Under the pieces are notes generated by a model. That model did not search any database, was not told the DNA's origin, and saw nothing but the letters and a program-made list of their open reading frames with translations. A stretch of DNA of 63,982 nucleotides, filler included, from Basidiobolus ranarum (taxonomy: Eukaryota): the NCBI GenBank assembly GCA_040143965.1. It is 3 parts of 3 records of this genome, joined end to end, with 100 filler letters (N's around TTAATTAATTAA, not from the genome) between each part and the next. Parts side by side here need not be neighbours in the genome. Positions count along the whole stretch, not along the records: positions 23,263 to 46,387 come from JASJQH010000173.1; 2 more parts are not named here. One strand, given 5' to 3'. Position numbers and translations under genes: made by a program. Below, one piece after another: positions 26,005 to 39,405 of this stretch. Position 1 is the first letter of the stretch, and the number at the start of each line of letters is the position of its first letter.

Positions 26005-27365
26005 TCAGTTTACAATAGAGTGTGAGAATTGTCGCGAAGGTGAATTTCCATGATGCATGAATTTTTGATGATGAGTAGTAGTGGATTGCGTGAGACTGAT
26101 TGGTGGTAGGCGATTCACCATATCAATATTGTGCTGTTGGTGATATCCTAGATCTGTTGGTGATGCTGGTAGTGAGGTCTCACTCTCGCTTGGTGAAATG
26201 GATCGCTTGCGGAACCTCAGCGTATCCATACCACCAATTGTTCCTTCTTCCTTTTTCAACTCACCATAGATGGTTGAGACTGAGGAGATGTTCATCAATG
26301 GTGGGAGTACTGGTACGGGTGTTGGTGGTTGGTTCGTTTTGGAGGTGATTGTTGCTATACTTGGTAATGTCGGGATCTCAATCAATGGACCTCCCATATT
26401 TTCTTGAGCTGGGTACACCTCTTGACAATAGCGATGGTCAGGCTCGACAGAGGATGCTCGAGGTGCTAGATCAACCTTCAGGGGCAATGGGAGCTCGACT
26501 GAGAAGCGACGTGGTTGAGGACACTGTAGCTGTGGATTCAATAAGCGCCTCAGGTCATTCGTCGGCTCACGTTTCTCACAGAGATTAGTGACTGATAAAA
26601 CATCCTGACAAGTATCCCTTGGATAACTTATTGATGGGACCTGTGGTAACGTGGGGTTGTTCAACAACGACATGAATTCTGTTGGCTTAAATCTCTCATA
26701 ATTTTGCGATGAATTTTGGAAATACGAGTTCTGTGTAGTGTAGCTCTCTTCAGAGCAGAAGCGTGACTGAGAATAGAGGTTAGACTCTGGGTTGGTAACG
26801 TTGGCCCTGACTTCTCTCTTTATATTATTCCCATGTACATTGTTTAAGGCCTTTCTGCGCTTGTAAGGTCCTCTCTTGACTCCCTTCTTTCTGGCCTTAC
26901 GTGGTGAGTCTGCACAGGTGTCGGTTAGCCCATATTTGATACAGCGTGAACAAGGTCTGCCCTCGTCACATTTCTTGCAAGCTTTCTGGCAATTGACTAG
27001 AAAAATAGGCTCGTTAGTCTATTATACTTCAAACTATGGATCATTTGTGGGAACTAAAGGTGAGAGTAGAAAGGAGAGGAGGAAGGTAAACAATGGTATG
27101 GGGAATAGGTGCGGTGTGTTACTTAATGATGCACGGGAAAGGGATGGTGTAGCAACTTTTGAAGGAAATTAGCACACTTACCACAAGCATTTTTTACTTG
27201 CTGCCTCTTCTTGGGCTTGTATGAGTGATTTCGGGCGGTTTCTGGATTGTATTGTTGGCCATAAGTAGAAAGCATGTTCTGTTTATGAGCAAGAATTTGG
27301 TTTGATATATCTAAATTGGACATAGGTGAATTAACAAGAGTTGGGTATGGCAGTTTTGTAACCAT
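26005..27365 (-). CDS. Zn(II)2Cys6 zinc-cluster transcription factor, 2 exons (27365-27182, 26996-26005)
   Basis: Spliced translation KPKKRQQVKNAC|VNCQKACKKCDEGRPCSRCIKYGLTDTCADSPRKARKKGVKRGPYKRRK gives the six-Cys cluster and basic tail, then reads in frame into the P/S-rich ORF 26673-26005. Confidence 0.9.
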
Positions 27366-30138
27366 TATGTTATATTGTATGATACTGATATAGCAGGGAT
27401 GGATAAGACGAGTTTTATACTCAGAGTCTACTTATATTTATTTGGTTAGGTGGATCTAGAAACTTTTAGAAGTAAAAGTCGCAACAACAAATTGGATTGT
27501 TTCATACTTCAGTGTACGCTGTTAATCAAGTTAAAGGTCAATCTAAGATAAAGCGACGGGTATATTCCCCATGAAACATCCTGACTTATTACATCACATG
27601 AGAGATATCTTGGTTACCAAATCTATGCGACATAACCAAATACCTCCCTTTTGGTGAAAAACGCTGACGATAGTGGTCTATACAAAGATGACTCCCCAAG
27701 TAAATCCGGCAATTTGAATATGTGAGTTTTCCATCTAGCTCACTGCAGTTGATCTTACATTAAAAGAATATAAATAGCAGATTAAAACTGCCTTCTAAAT
27801 GGGGGAGATATTTTTTTGACTTTACGTATCTCTAACAGCACTTGTAGGAATCTTCGCACGCAACCTTTAAATCTCCTTCTAGTTGATGAATTCCTAGCCC
27901 TGTCGTACATTAACGTGATCTCCTGACATCATACCATTACTATTCTATCCATGTCACACAAATTCCTGCTCTAGACATATGCCAAGTGCAGCATATTCCT
28001 GTATTCAACACTTGTGGTGGTACTTGCTCGGTTGTAACCGCGCCATTAACCACCTTTTACCCCCGAATCTGAATCAAATGATTCTAACTGTTTTATCTCG
28101 CCCAATCCCCTCTGTGTTGTGATACCATCAGGGTTTATTAGGATATAAATTAAACATCCGATCTAGAGCATCTGTTCCAACGAAATCAGGAATGAACGAG
28201 CCAATTCCTCTCAAAAAATTAATTCATAGTATTTTGAGCAAGTGTCACCAGTCATACTTTGATGTATACTGTTATACATATACTCGGTGGCTGATAGACC
28301 CCCCCCCCAAGATTACTCACAAATGTTCGAGTGGAGACTGAAGAACTGATCAATCCAATATGAAATTTGCTTAGCTAATACTCGTCTAAATGCCCCATTC
28401 AGCATCACCAAAATCTTGGCTAGAATTCTCCACATCTACGAATTTCGGAATTTACCTTTGTTCTCCGAAGTATTGTAGAGGAGATAGAAACCATTGGACT
28501 TAACCTCAAACATTCCAAGAGCTAGAACTTAGCTACTATTCCTAATTTGACGTTTCAATCCGTTACACTCGATTGATCATATATATATATTGGCAAAATT
28601 AGTTACATGAATTACTAAATTGATGGAGTTAAACAGCTAATAACCGTGCCCGAACAAAAGCCATATTTATTATGGTCTGATCCACTCTTTATGCAGGCGA
28701 CTAATGAGTGGATTTAGAGCGGATTAATGAGCGGAGCAATAATATTAAATCCGCACATATATTCGATTAGTATGAAAAAGTACCTCCGTGAAACACTAAA
28801 TTGGTGTGCAATATAAATGTACAACAATCAATCAGTGTTTGTATATTTAATATGATTTACCACTCGATCGGCAACTATAAGCCTCAACTAAGTGTAGTGT
28901 AGTGTAGGGCTAAGTGTAGGGGCAGCGGAAGTGTGTGATTATCCATCAAATGAAAAACACTTATTTGGGGTGGTTATGAAACCATAGTAAGTTCCTTTGC
29001 ACGTCCTCGACTGCGCAACAAATTTATTAATATTGACCACCATTGTTGAGTTTTCTTAGTGTTCTCCAAATTGCCAATAGGTTTCGGCAGACTCTGATTC
29101 AAACTCAATTAGCTTAATCACTCCATGTCTAATTTGGCCTAGCTTTAACATGGTCACTAAAAGTAACATTCAACAGTTTTACTGTCTACATTTATCGTTG
29201 GGGTTCTTCATAGCTATAATAGAGCCATTGTCACTCCACATTTGTGAAGTTCATCTTATATGATAGTGGACTGGTGTCATGAGGTGTAGTTGATGAGCTT
29301 GTCTAAACCAATTATTATTATTATTATTATGTTCAATTGCATCATTTCCATGGTTTTATTATTTTGCACCTAATACACTCTCTTCTATCGACGGTTATTC
29401 ACATAAGAGGTAGCTGATTTATCTCCTTATTTTTGTGCGTAGGATGTCTTTTGTGTTTATCGGAATCAACAATAACCTTTGAGTTCAGAAATTGAAAAGA
29501 GCTTTTTATGCTGACCCTACTACTATCTCAGTAGATGATTTGATTGGCTATAAGTGTATTATCAGATATTCGGATACCATCAAATGCCAAAAATTGATGT
29601 TGCGATTAGATTAATAGGTGGGTCATGGTCTAGCACATTAGACAAATGCAGTTGAAAGGGTCCTATCCCCTATTACAAAATTGCTAATAGAAAAAGCTCG
29701 ACCTTTAAACTCCACAGTGACCATGTTTGGATTGACATGTGCTGAGAGAGATTAGTCAAAAAAGATGTTTGGATTGACATGTGTGGAAGGAGGTTGGGAC
29801 AGATTTAGGTAACGCGAGCTTTCATCTCATGGCTAAATTATTGACAAGATGCTTGGAAAAAGGGCGGTATTGTAATTAAGCGGATAGCAGTTTAGGCATT
29901 GCGGAAGTACCATGCCGACTAGGTGGCGATTAAACGCGATTAAAGGCGATTAAATGGATAGGAATCAAGTGGTAATCAAGTGGTTGCAGCTTACATCGAT
30001 TGTTGCTGTCAAATCAAATTTCCCGATTCTGATGTCTACTCGAATTGTCTTCCAAAATAGTAATATTTCAAATACCCTCCCGGCCCGATGATCTTAGTAT
30101 AAAAGGATTACCTGTTAATGTTCCAACTCATCTTCAAA

Positions 30139-31155
30139 ATGACTGTCTCTAGTTCCTCGTTCGATATCTTTCTCTTGAAAGACGTTCTTTACAAAAATGA
30201 TGACTTAATGAACCCTTCACAACTTAGTGTTCGTGGAACTATCTTATTTCACCCTACCAACACTGTCCGTGTGCGTAAAATCACCGTAGAGTTGTTGGGA
30301 ATGCTATCAATACAACTTCCAGCTGCCGTAAAAAAAAGCAAGCGCGTGTTAATCTCGCAGTCAATCACGCTTTTGAACAACGCTAAACCAGTTGCTATTC
30401 CCAGTAAATCAATCTATCACTTTGAGTTTCTACTACCAGGAGACCTACCAGACTCTTTCGATTGTGAGTTTGCCAAGGTGGAATATTCTGTTAAAGCAGT
30501 AGCTGAAACCTCTTTATTTACCTCCGACTTAAAAGCCCAACGTCCGATTTTCATTAGACGACATGTAAACTATGCCGACTCCGAAGATATCTGTGAAACA
30601 CATAAAGTTTACGAGAATCAATTAGAATGTAACGTAACGATCCCCACTACTGAATTTACCCCTGGAGAGAAATTCGAACTCAACATCAAAGGGAAACCAC
30701 TGGCCATTGACGGTAGAGTAACTAGTGTTACCTGCTTTGTAAAAGAGGTTGTTCGTTATCAAATCCCCTCCAAGTCCAACCCAAATGAAATCACCGTAGG
30801 TGAATATTTGAGACGCCTTGAATTCACTGGAACCAATTTCTCCCAAGAGGATACAGAGGTCGATTGCTCTTTGGTTATTAAAATCCCTGAAGCTAATGTC
30901 TCTTACGAATGCTTAAACTCTTTGGTGGAAATTTCACACACTTTGAGCTTTCGTTTCCATACATCCACTGAAGTCAGTAGAGACCAACTGGTGCTCGATA
31001 TCCCTATTATGATTGTTCCTACAACTGGACCCTTCATGTACGACCAACTTCCTCTCTATCAAGCGGTGGAACTTCCACCTACATACCAGGCTGTAAGCAC
31101 ACCAGTCCCTGCAGGTCAGGAAGCCTATCCTTCACCCCCAAACTATGTGTGCTAG
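30139..31155 (+). CDS. Alpha-arrestin (arrestin N/C domains, PY motifs), intronless; alternative start 30118
   Basis: YHFEFLLPGDLPDSF...VEYSVKA, EISHTLSF...IPIMI, and C-terminal LPLY, PPTY, PPNY (Rsp5/Nedd4-binding motifs). TATAAAA at ~30098. Confidence 0.88.
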   Translation: MTVSSSSFDIFLLKDVLYKNDDLMNPSQLSVRGTILFHPTNTVRVRKITVELLGMLSIQLPAAVKKSKRVLISQSITLLNNAKPVAIPSKSIYHFEFLLPGDLPDSFDCEFAKVEYSVKAVAETSLFTSDLKAQRPIFIRRHVNYADSEDICETHKVYENQLECNVTIPTTEFTPGEKFELNIKGKPLAIDGRVTSVTCFVKEVVRYQIPSKSNPNEITVGEYLRRLEFTGTNFSQEDTEVDCSLVIKIPEANVSYECLNSLVEISHTLSFRFHTSTEVSRDQLVLDIPIMIVPTTGPFMYDQLPLYQAVELPPTYQAVSTPVPAGQEAYPSPPNYVC

Positions 31156-32899
31156 TGCGAAGATTTTCTATTTTTGTGTTGAGAAATGCTATCTGTTGAC
31201 ATGTAGCTTTCTGAATTTGCATTTTGTAAATAATGATATAATAAAAAGTATATATGTTAAAATATTAAACTTTACTGACCAATAAGGAAAGAAATTGAAT
31301 AATTAAATAGCACTTTTAAAGAAGAAAAGGATAATCGATGAATTAGATAAACCAATGTTGTGTTTTGACTTTCAATCGAAAAAAAAAGTACTTGTAAAGT
31401 GATGGAATAAAGATTTCGCCCGATTTATGATCGATAATATCGTATCAGTCAAATCTTTACGTCCACTCATTATTACATCATTGATGATATTGCCGTTACC
31501 TAATATAGTAGTGACCATTCACATTGTTTGTTCTGCATTTGCTGATAAAATCTGCTAAAAAAATCATGTGCTAGACAGTCAAGTAGCGTGTATCAAACCA
31601 TTTGGATACTGAGTGAGATACGATGATGTAATATTTATAGCGAAATGATAGAGTAAAGGCTGAAATAATTAGCCATAAGGTATCTGGACATGACAACCTT
31701 GTGAGCAAGTACACCCAAGATCATACAAATCAATATGTGGCTGTATTATCGAAAGTTTATTACAAAGAGTATTGGCAGTGTTGGTTTGTAGAAGTATTTT
31801 CCCTTGCAAGGTTTACAGTATCGTTGTTTTCTTAAGGGATGTCCATATCCTATTTGGTCCGATATGGAGATAGCAGTTGTTGGCTTTCTGTATTTGCTTA
31901 TTTCGGTCTAGGTTCAAATTGAGTTTAATCATATGAGAAAGCACAGCCAGTGTTAGCCTTAGGGGTACAAATTCAACAGTCGCTCTTTTTGTGTACATTT
32001 ATATTATGAGTAATGTTGAAATATCTTTTTTTTTTGCTTTCTTTTTAATGCTACATTCCGCTTATTGTGCTATAACTAGTGGATTCTCCGGGATTGAATT
32101 TAGCCCAATAATTATCTTTTGTTGACCTGAAGTAAATGATGCTAATGGATAAGTTCGAGTAACATAAGCCAACACATAGATCTGATATGGATTTTGCTTT
32201 AGCAATGAGGGAGTACTAATGCACAGTTCAAAGTACAGTAATCTCTGATAGGATAGCTTGATATTCCTTAATGATCTTGCTTCAAGTGCATTCAAAGAAC
32301 TGAATATTTAACAAAAAATTGGATATTGTGATAATAATGTTAGTAATCCTTCATTTTCATAGATGGATTGGGTTTTGAAATAGCAATTCATCAATGATGA
32401 CTCTCATTATACAAATAATATGATGAATAATTCGCCAATAGTTGCTGTTTACTTATTATTGGGATTATATTGTAAACTTAACTAATGGAGTAATTATCAA
32501 TTTAGTGAGCAGTATGAGAGTTGCTATTCCAAAACCTTTATTTTAAGAATGCCTGTTTAAGTACAGCTACATAGTGATATTCCTGCTGAAACTTTATGAA
32601 AACCTAAGAATTTACAATCATGACTCTTTTATAGTGTGGAAAGATAAATATTCCAACCTATATATACCCAATGAATGATACCCCCCCATAATTTCCCACA
32701 TTATTTCCAATTTTGGTATTGCAGCCTTTGAGCAATTACCTAGTAGTCACTTTTCAGTATCAAACCTAAAACAAAGTAGGCTTTTGTTATATTTGTTATT
32801 CCACTAAAATTCTTAGAGATAGTAGCTCTATCCTGATGTATAGTTTTGATTGCTTCACTGATGTTATCAATGGCAATGCTACCTAAATATTACAAGTAA

Positions 32900-33211
32900 A
32901 CTTCCCTTGAGAATAGTGAGTGATATCTTAGAGAAATAAGGAATAACTAAATACTAAGCTATATGTGATTATATAGGTGTTTAGGCTATGCAAATTTCAA
33001 TATTAACTTGAGTTGGATCTTTTTATTATTGAATATACCCTAAATCTTAATATAGGAGACCCAAACTTTGCACACATGTTCCTGGGACCTTCCCTAACAC
33101 ATTCTACATGTTAGTTCTTTTACATCATGGCAAATCTATAAATGTTAACTTTCTACTCAATAAATCATCAAGTGAAATCAAGTTCTAACTGGCTCCCAAA
33201 ATACTTTAACA
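32900..33211. mobile_element. Two degenerate copia-family LTR fragments in opposite orientation (~32900-33002, ~33055-33211)
   Basis: Match the LTR at 47025-47372 (AACTAAATACTAAGCTATATG...TTTAGGCTATGC; CCAAACTTTGCACACATGTTCCTGGG...ATACTTTAACA). Confidence 0.75.
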
Positions 33212-33639
33212 CTACTAACTTCCACAAGTAAAGATATTCTAATGTAACTTTCAATTGATGTCCCAAATAGTATGTATGGATAAAAATTGCTATTGCTAAC
33301 TTTACTCGGTGTAATTTAAGAATTTGTGAAAACAGTATATGAGCAAAAACAGATTTATGATGATGATAATTGACAAGAGATTAATTATTAGCAAGTACAG
33401 AATCTTAGAAACAAATACTATATGATTTGTAGATTACTAGCAGTTGAATAATTGGTTCTTATTTAACATCTGAGTTAAAATGAGTCATGATGCATATATC
33501 CAAAACAATAAAGTCTCATATTTCCAGCCTCTATACTATAATTAGGAATTTCACTATATCCATATTACAAGTATGTCTTATTGGCATAAACATATCTTCT
33601 TTATGACTACATCCTCCAAGAGGAACTGACAATGAGTAT

Positions 33640-34468
33640 TAGAAAAATTGGTGGCTTCACTGGTTAATTTATTGAATTGAAACTTGACATTTAGAGTTTT
33701 GTCAAGATGTGAAGAAAAATAAAGTAAAGAGTATGTTCAGGAAGGCCCCAGGAACATGTGTGCAAAGTTCGGGGCTTCTAGCACAAGTTTGAAAAATATA
33801 TGTATATGAGAACTTCTAAGTTGGTAAGAATATTCCAAGTAAATTCCAATATCAAATAATGGGTATTATCTTAGTGAAATATAAGATAACTAAATACTGA
33901 GCTATATATTTATATATATAGACTATATAAGTGTTTAGGCAATGCTAATTTCAACATTATCTTTCATCATAAAAGCAAAAGTGGTTGTTGAATCAACATG
34001 GCCTAAACATATATATGGTCATATATAGCTTAATACTTAGTTTACCACATTTCTCTAAGATATCACTAATACTTCCCAAGAGGAATCTACTTAGAAGTTT
34101 GAAGATATAGAGATTTTGAGAACTTGTGCTAGAAGCCCCAAACTCTGCACACATGTTCCTGGGATTTTTTTGAACAAATTCTACATGTTAGTTTGTTTAC
34201 ATCTTGACAAAACTATAAATGTTGACTTTCTACTCAATCAATCAATAAGTGAAAACCACCAGTTCTTCCAGTTTTTTAAACCATTTCCAATAAACTCCCA
34301 GAATACTTCAACACCTGGGACCTTTCCTAAAATATTCTACACTTTTTTTGTTTATCCTTTGACAAAACTGTATATGTTCACTTTCCACTCAATAAATCAA
34401 TTAGTGAAAACCATCAATTCTTTCTAGTTCTCCAAACCGCTTCCAACAGCTCCCCAAATATTTCAACA
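33640..34468. mobile_element. LTR cluster: ~33640-33956, full inverted LTR 33986-34313, partial LTR 34314-34468
   Basis: TGTTG...CAACA termini; shared core CCCAGGAACATGTGTGCAAAGTT(C/T)GGGGCTTCTAGCACAAG. Confidence 0.85.
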
Positions 34469-34779
34469 GTATTGATTAGTCAAAGTCTATTACATGTGTA
34501 GTATGAATGAATATACAATGTTTCCTGAGAATATTCATATGTACTTCAATAACTAACTAATAATATGATAAGATTCCTTGAAAATCACAATCGGAGAACA
34601 TGAAGCAGAGTTCTATCTGTTGAGGTTTACTATCTTCAAGATATTTGTTATCTTAATCTTTACATACCTTTTTGCTTCATATCACATCTAATATAGTTAA
34701 CATTATTAAGTTAGATATCACTTGTTCAATAGCGGAAGACATATCCAAGAATCAGCAAAGGTGAACTTGAATCACAAAT

Positions 34780-35580
34780 TAATCTCTGGATGGCTCTTCT
34801 GACTCCCACAGATGTTCTGAACACATCTTCCTTGTTTTCTGTCGTCTTATCTTCAAAGTGTACTATATTCCTGATCAATATAATCGCTTCTTAAAACCCC
34901 ATCCACAGACCTCAAATCTCACGATACTATCTGCGTAGGTATTTGGGATGAAGTGTAATTGTTATGCGATTATTGGTTGCCTTGTTGTATTAAGAATAAG
35001 TAGTTACACTGATGTTGGAAATGAAGAAAAATAACACTATCAATGCTTCTTAGAGTGTCAAGAATGTCGAGGGAAAAGCTTGGAGGGTTTTAGATGGGCT
35101 TGGGAAATGGCTTGGTTAAAGTTCAATATTTCCTACGCATGATATATTTCCCTAATTCTAATATTTCTATACTATTTTGATACATAGTGGCCAAATCTTT
35201 CTCTCATGTTCCGTGCTACCCCAGTAATATCTCAACCAATGTAACATAGTTTCAGAGTACTCCATTGGCTGATGATTTACCTTTGTGTTCTGACTGTATA
35301 CCGAAAACGTTAAAACATGACATCAAAGTCAGCTTTCCATTTAGAGCTGCTATAAATGGCTACTTAGTCTCATACAAAAGTGACTTCATAATTATCTGGA
35401 GCTCTTCAAGATACTTCGCAAGTCCCGTACCTGATGGAAAAGTATACAAGATAGGTATTATACCTAATGTGACCGTTGATATCCTTTCCAAAGACGCTAC
35501 GGTTTCTTAACAATTCCTAGACATAGCCAGGAAAGAATCCCTGATTTTGCCAACACTGACCAATAAATCAAAAGTGGTAT
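34780..35580 (-). pseudogene. Degenerate coding relic of unknown family, partly similar to 1-370
   Basis: One minus-strand frame runs ~150 codons with scattered stops; 34940-35075 resembles 10-160 at nucleotide level. Confidence 0.3.
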
Positions 35581-37560
35581 ACACATAATACACGCTCTGT
35601 TGCAGCTAGAGAGGGTGAAAGCACAAGGATCGGATTTACTTGTCTGATTCCTAAGCATATCTGTAGCTATCGTTTGCAGTCAATCTGTAACTATCGTTGC
35701 AGCCTACAGACATTTCATGGTACAACGTAAATGAGATAAGAGTATTATGGGGGTAGGGTTAGGGGCTACATCAATGCTTTTACTAAAGGTACTTAGGGGA
35801 GTATAAGGGCTATGAGGGTTAAATTAGTATGTTTGAAATAGCAGAACATATGTTGAAGCGTTGGGTTATTAATAGTTCTAATTATTGAAGTGGAACATCT
35901 CAAGTCAAGAAGAGTTCCTTGCTGTATGTGCAATAATATGATGAACATTTGTCATAAATTCGCTATCTATCACCTATCTGCCAAGTCACCTTGATCTGTC
36001 AGAACTAATCACTGATATCAGATCGTTGTTAGCTTCAATGAAGAAGCCTCACTACTTGATCTGGTAGATAAGATTCAGAGATACGGGTTACAGGTTGCGA
36101 GTTACGGGCTATGGATAATGATAATGGATAATGGAAGGCTTCATGTTTCGTTTGCCCCCACATAGTTCTAATCGCTACTCGGAACTCTCGTGAGCGACGA
36201 TTATCCAATCAGAAGGGGTGGAGGATATTCCCACAGCGAAGAGTATGGTGAATATTGCTTAGAGTATAGCTTAGAATATAGCTAGGCTGATCTCTCTATT
36301 TCTCTTAGATTCCTTGTCTCGTTCTTGTATGTAAGTGGGAAATTCCTATTTAAGAAGATCTTTGTCATACATTTCGACCAGGTACATTAAGTCACTCAGA
36401 TCCAATTACTTCTCCGAAACAATCCTGTTTCCGGCATTCAATCATTGGGCATCACTATACTAATAGCGACAATTGGACATCACTGAGGTGATAAAGTTGA
36501 CATATCGATATTGATCCTGGAGGTGACACAAGGGGTGGCTTAGCCTTTAGAGGCTATGGTTGGACAGCATGGGAGGTCGTGTGGATCCATATCAACATGG
36601 TGATTGGTCAACTGGAGCACACTTGTGTTGCTTTATCGGATATATCAAAAGCGCTCAACAAGAAAAAGCTGAGCGAGATTAAGCAATTCAAAGCACGATT
36701 TGTGAAAGGAGAAAAGCAGCCATTTTCAGACCAATCGTCTCCTCTAAACACTGCCTATACAGGTATAGAGTTATATATAGACATGGATGTGTCTGTTAGC
36801 TTGGTGTGGACAATATTTACCCAGGGGGTAAGACAGAAGATACATCTGGTTATGTCTTTACATCTCAGATCTATTCAAATACAGCAGACTCTTAATATTG
36901 AGCTGCAACAGTTTCTAGAAGCAACCTCTAGCACTTCCTTCTTATTCCCATCGTCCAAGGGTGCATGGTGAAGATAGTGAGGGCTGATTCATCCAATTTG
37001 CAAATAAATGAAGCAAGATCCTTATCGTCGAATCCAGAGGTGTTACAGATCTTGCTTTCATTTTAATTTAGGTCCATGTCGATAAGAATCAATGGAGATG
37101 GGGTTGTAGCTCAAACACATCTTACTGATCAATTCCGAGCCAATAGCGTGCATTATGTAAACGATACAAAATGTTTGGTTAATTAATGTTCATAAACCCA
37201 TGTAATGCAGTGTGCTTAACTGGACGTAAACATTAAGCAAAACACCTTCCTTGAGTCAGCGATCTCCAATCAATTTACCCACACATGGTCGTTGGAAAAC
37301 TTGCTATTATTGATCATATTGTTGTAAGGTTTACTCGTAGGTTTACTCTTAGGTTTGCTTGCTGTACCATCATTTAAATTCCTTATCAGCTCATTCCATT
37401 GCTATATAAGATGATCCTGCCTCCTCAACCTTTTACGGCTTCGGTCAATGGCAACATACTAGAACTGCGAGCTTATCCGTCACTACCCAGTCTGAACGTT
37501 ATCAATAGTACAACCCTTTTATATCATTCTCTAACTGTGCCTAGCCCTCCTCCTCACACT

Positions 37561-38788
37561 ATGCCTGGTATTCTTTCCGAGCCAGTGTTGACACTTGCTT
37601 TAGATAACATTCACAAACTACGAGAAATAGACTGCGATAACTTGTATTCCATGTGGGCAGGTTTGTAAAAGCTTCCTCTACCATTAATAGATTGGGCAAT
37701 CGTAACTTAACTTTTATATGATAGTATTCGCGAAATGTAAGGAGAACCTATTAAACGGCCAAAGATTAGAGAACATATCCTGGCGTTTATGGTTTCGCCA
37801 GTCCACTTCCGAACGAGAATTTGGAAGAAAGTCTACCTCGGTCACAGGTCTTGAAGCTTGTAGTAGATCTGCCCCAACTCCTGGAAGTGATTTGATCGTT
37901 ACCTTAAACAACCCTCCACAACAATTCTCGTCTCCTCTTCTTCATAAACTGAGTGACTCCATCTCCACAGGCTTGGAACTAGCTGGAGATGACACTAACT
38001 CGTTTTCCTCAACTCTTGACAAATTAAATCTAAATCAGTCTTCAGTAGAAAAGCAAAATTTTCACCCAATACGCTCTATCCGCCCTAGACGTGTTGAATC
38101 AGTCTCAAACCTTCAGCCTCAAGTCGTAATTAAGAATAGTTTGGACAATCAAGAGCCAGAGACAGTATCCGAAGTTGCTCCAGAAACACCCTTGAATGAA
38201 GATAGAAAGCGGAAGATATTTTTCATCGCTGAATCTCTGGGAGAGGAAAGTTACATTGAACAGACACCTTTTATCAAATCCAAGAATTCCCGTACTGTAA
38301 TGGATTTACAAGCGCTGGCCCATTTCCCCGCAGATTCCTCACTAGAATTTAGTGTAAGCAATGATTCTGAAAGTATCATTAGTGGTGACGAGGGGTGGGA
38401 ATCAGTAGCTTCCAGCTATCAATCTACCTCGTCCTCTAGTGATAGCCGCATCTTTGAGAAGATACAAGTACCGAAACAAGTCTCGCAATACGAGCCCTCT
38501 AAACCCTCACTACTCTCAACCCTCTTTCAGAAATGCTCCTCCACTTCAATTCCGTATTCTAAACCATCACTTTTCAGGGATTTGTGTGCGTTAAGTGCGC
38601 TGGATAATGAGTATGATCCACTTGCGACGGAACTGTCAGAAAGTTTACATCAGAATGTACTTTGGCAGCGTCAACAACACGAACATTTCTGTCGTCCTTG
38701 TCAAACACAACAATCATCTACAGGGTTTCCTAGTGAGTACCAAGACAATTTTGTGACTAGCCCTGGATACAACGGTTGTGGCTGGTAA
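37561..38788 (+). CDS. DUF1752/DUF3295-type fungal regulatory protein, 2 exons (37561-37660, 37725-38788)
   Basis: NLYSMWA|VFAKCKENLLNGQRLENISWRLW (DUF1752 motif); C-terminal ATELSESLHQNVLWQRQQ and terminal GW, typical of DUF3295. Confidence 0.85.
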
Positions 38789-39405
38789 TCTCAAGGACAA
38801 TCAACTGCGTACGATTGGAGCCATCTCACCCCTTCGTCATTTTTTAAATAACCCATATCTCAAACTGTAAGTTTGTTCGAATTCTGATTTATTTTACGTT
38901 GACACTATAATTCTCTACTCTGCTCTGTACTATAGTCATTGTTTATCTCCACTCACTCTTACCCCACTCACTCACACGATTAGCATTCATCTACCAGCCT
39001 TCGCTTCTTTTACGCTACCTTGCTTGCTTCCACGATGTTATCTGCAATATATATGATCCTGTATACAAGGAAACTCATTATGCAGTGTGGATATTAGTTA
39101 TCTTACGTTTCGTATGCACCTCATTCACCAGTCTATTGAAATTATTGTTGATTGTTGAATCACCTTGTAATATATTCCGATTCACTTCAATTAAACGCAC
39201 CTTGGGTGTAAGTCCTTTTCAATCAATATAAACTATGCAGTTGCACTTGGCCATTGGCTAGTATATTAATATGAGGTTGCACTTGGCCATTATCATTTCC
39301 AATATATGTTTATTGCTTGCTATTCATGAGGCTGTATTTAGATATTACATTCACAATGCCCATTGTTTACCATTAACTTAACTTAATGCTTTGCTTGCTA
39401 TTAAC

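Noticed and set aside
34116..34427. ORFs at 34116-34427, 51658-51873 and 51791-52003
   Set aside because: They lie within LTR sequence; chance ORFs.
36579..36971. 130-aa ORF with GTG start
   Set aside because: No recognisable motif, convincing start or splice structure; possibly a relic but unsupported.
37399..37560. In-frame N-terminal extension of the DUF1752 gene (ATG 37411)
   Set aside because: That ATG lies right after a TATA-like TATATAAG and is probably not transcribed; family similarity begins at 37561.
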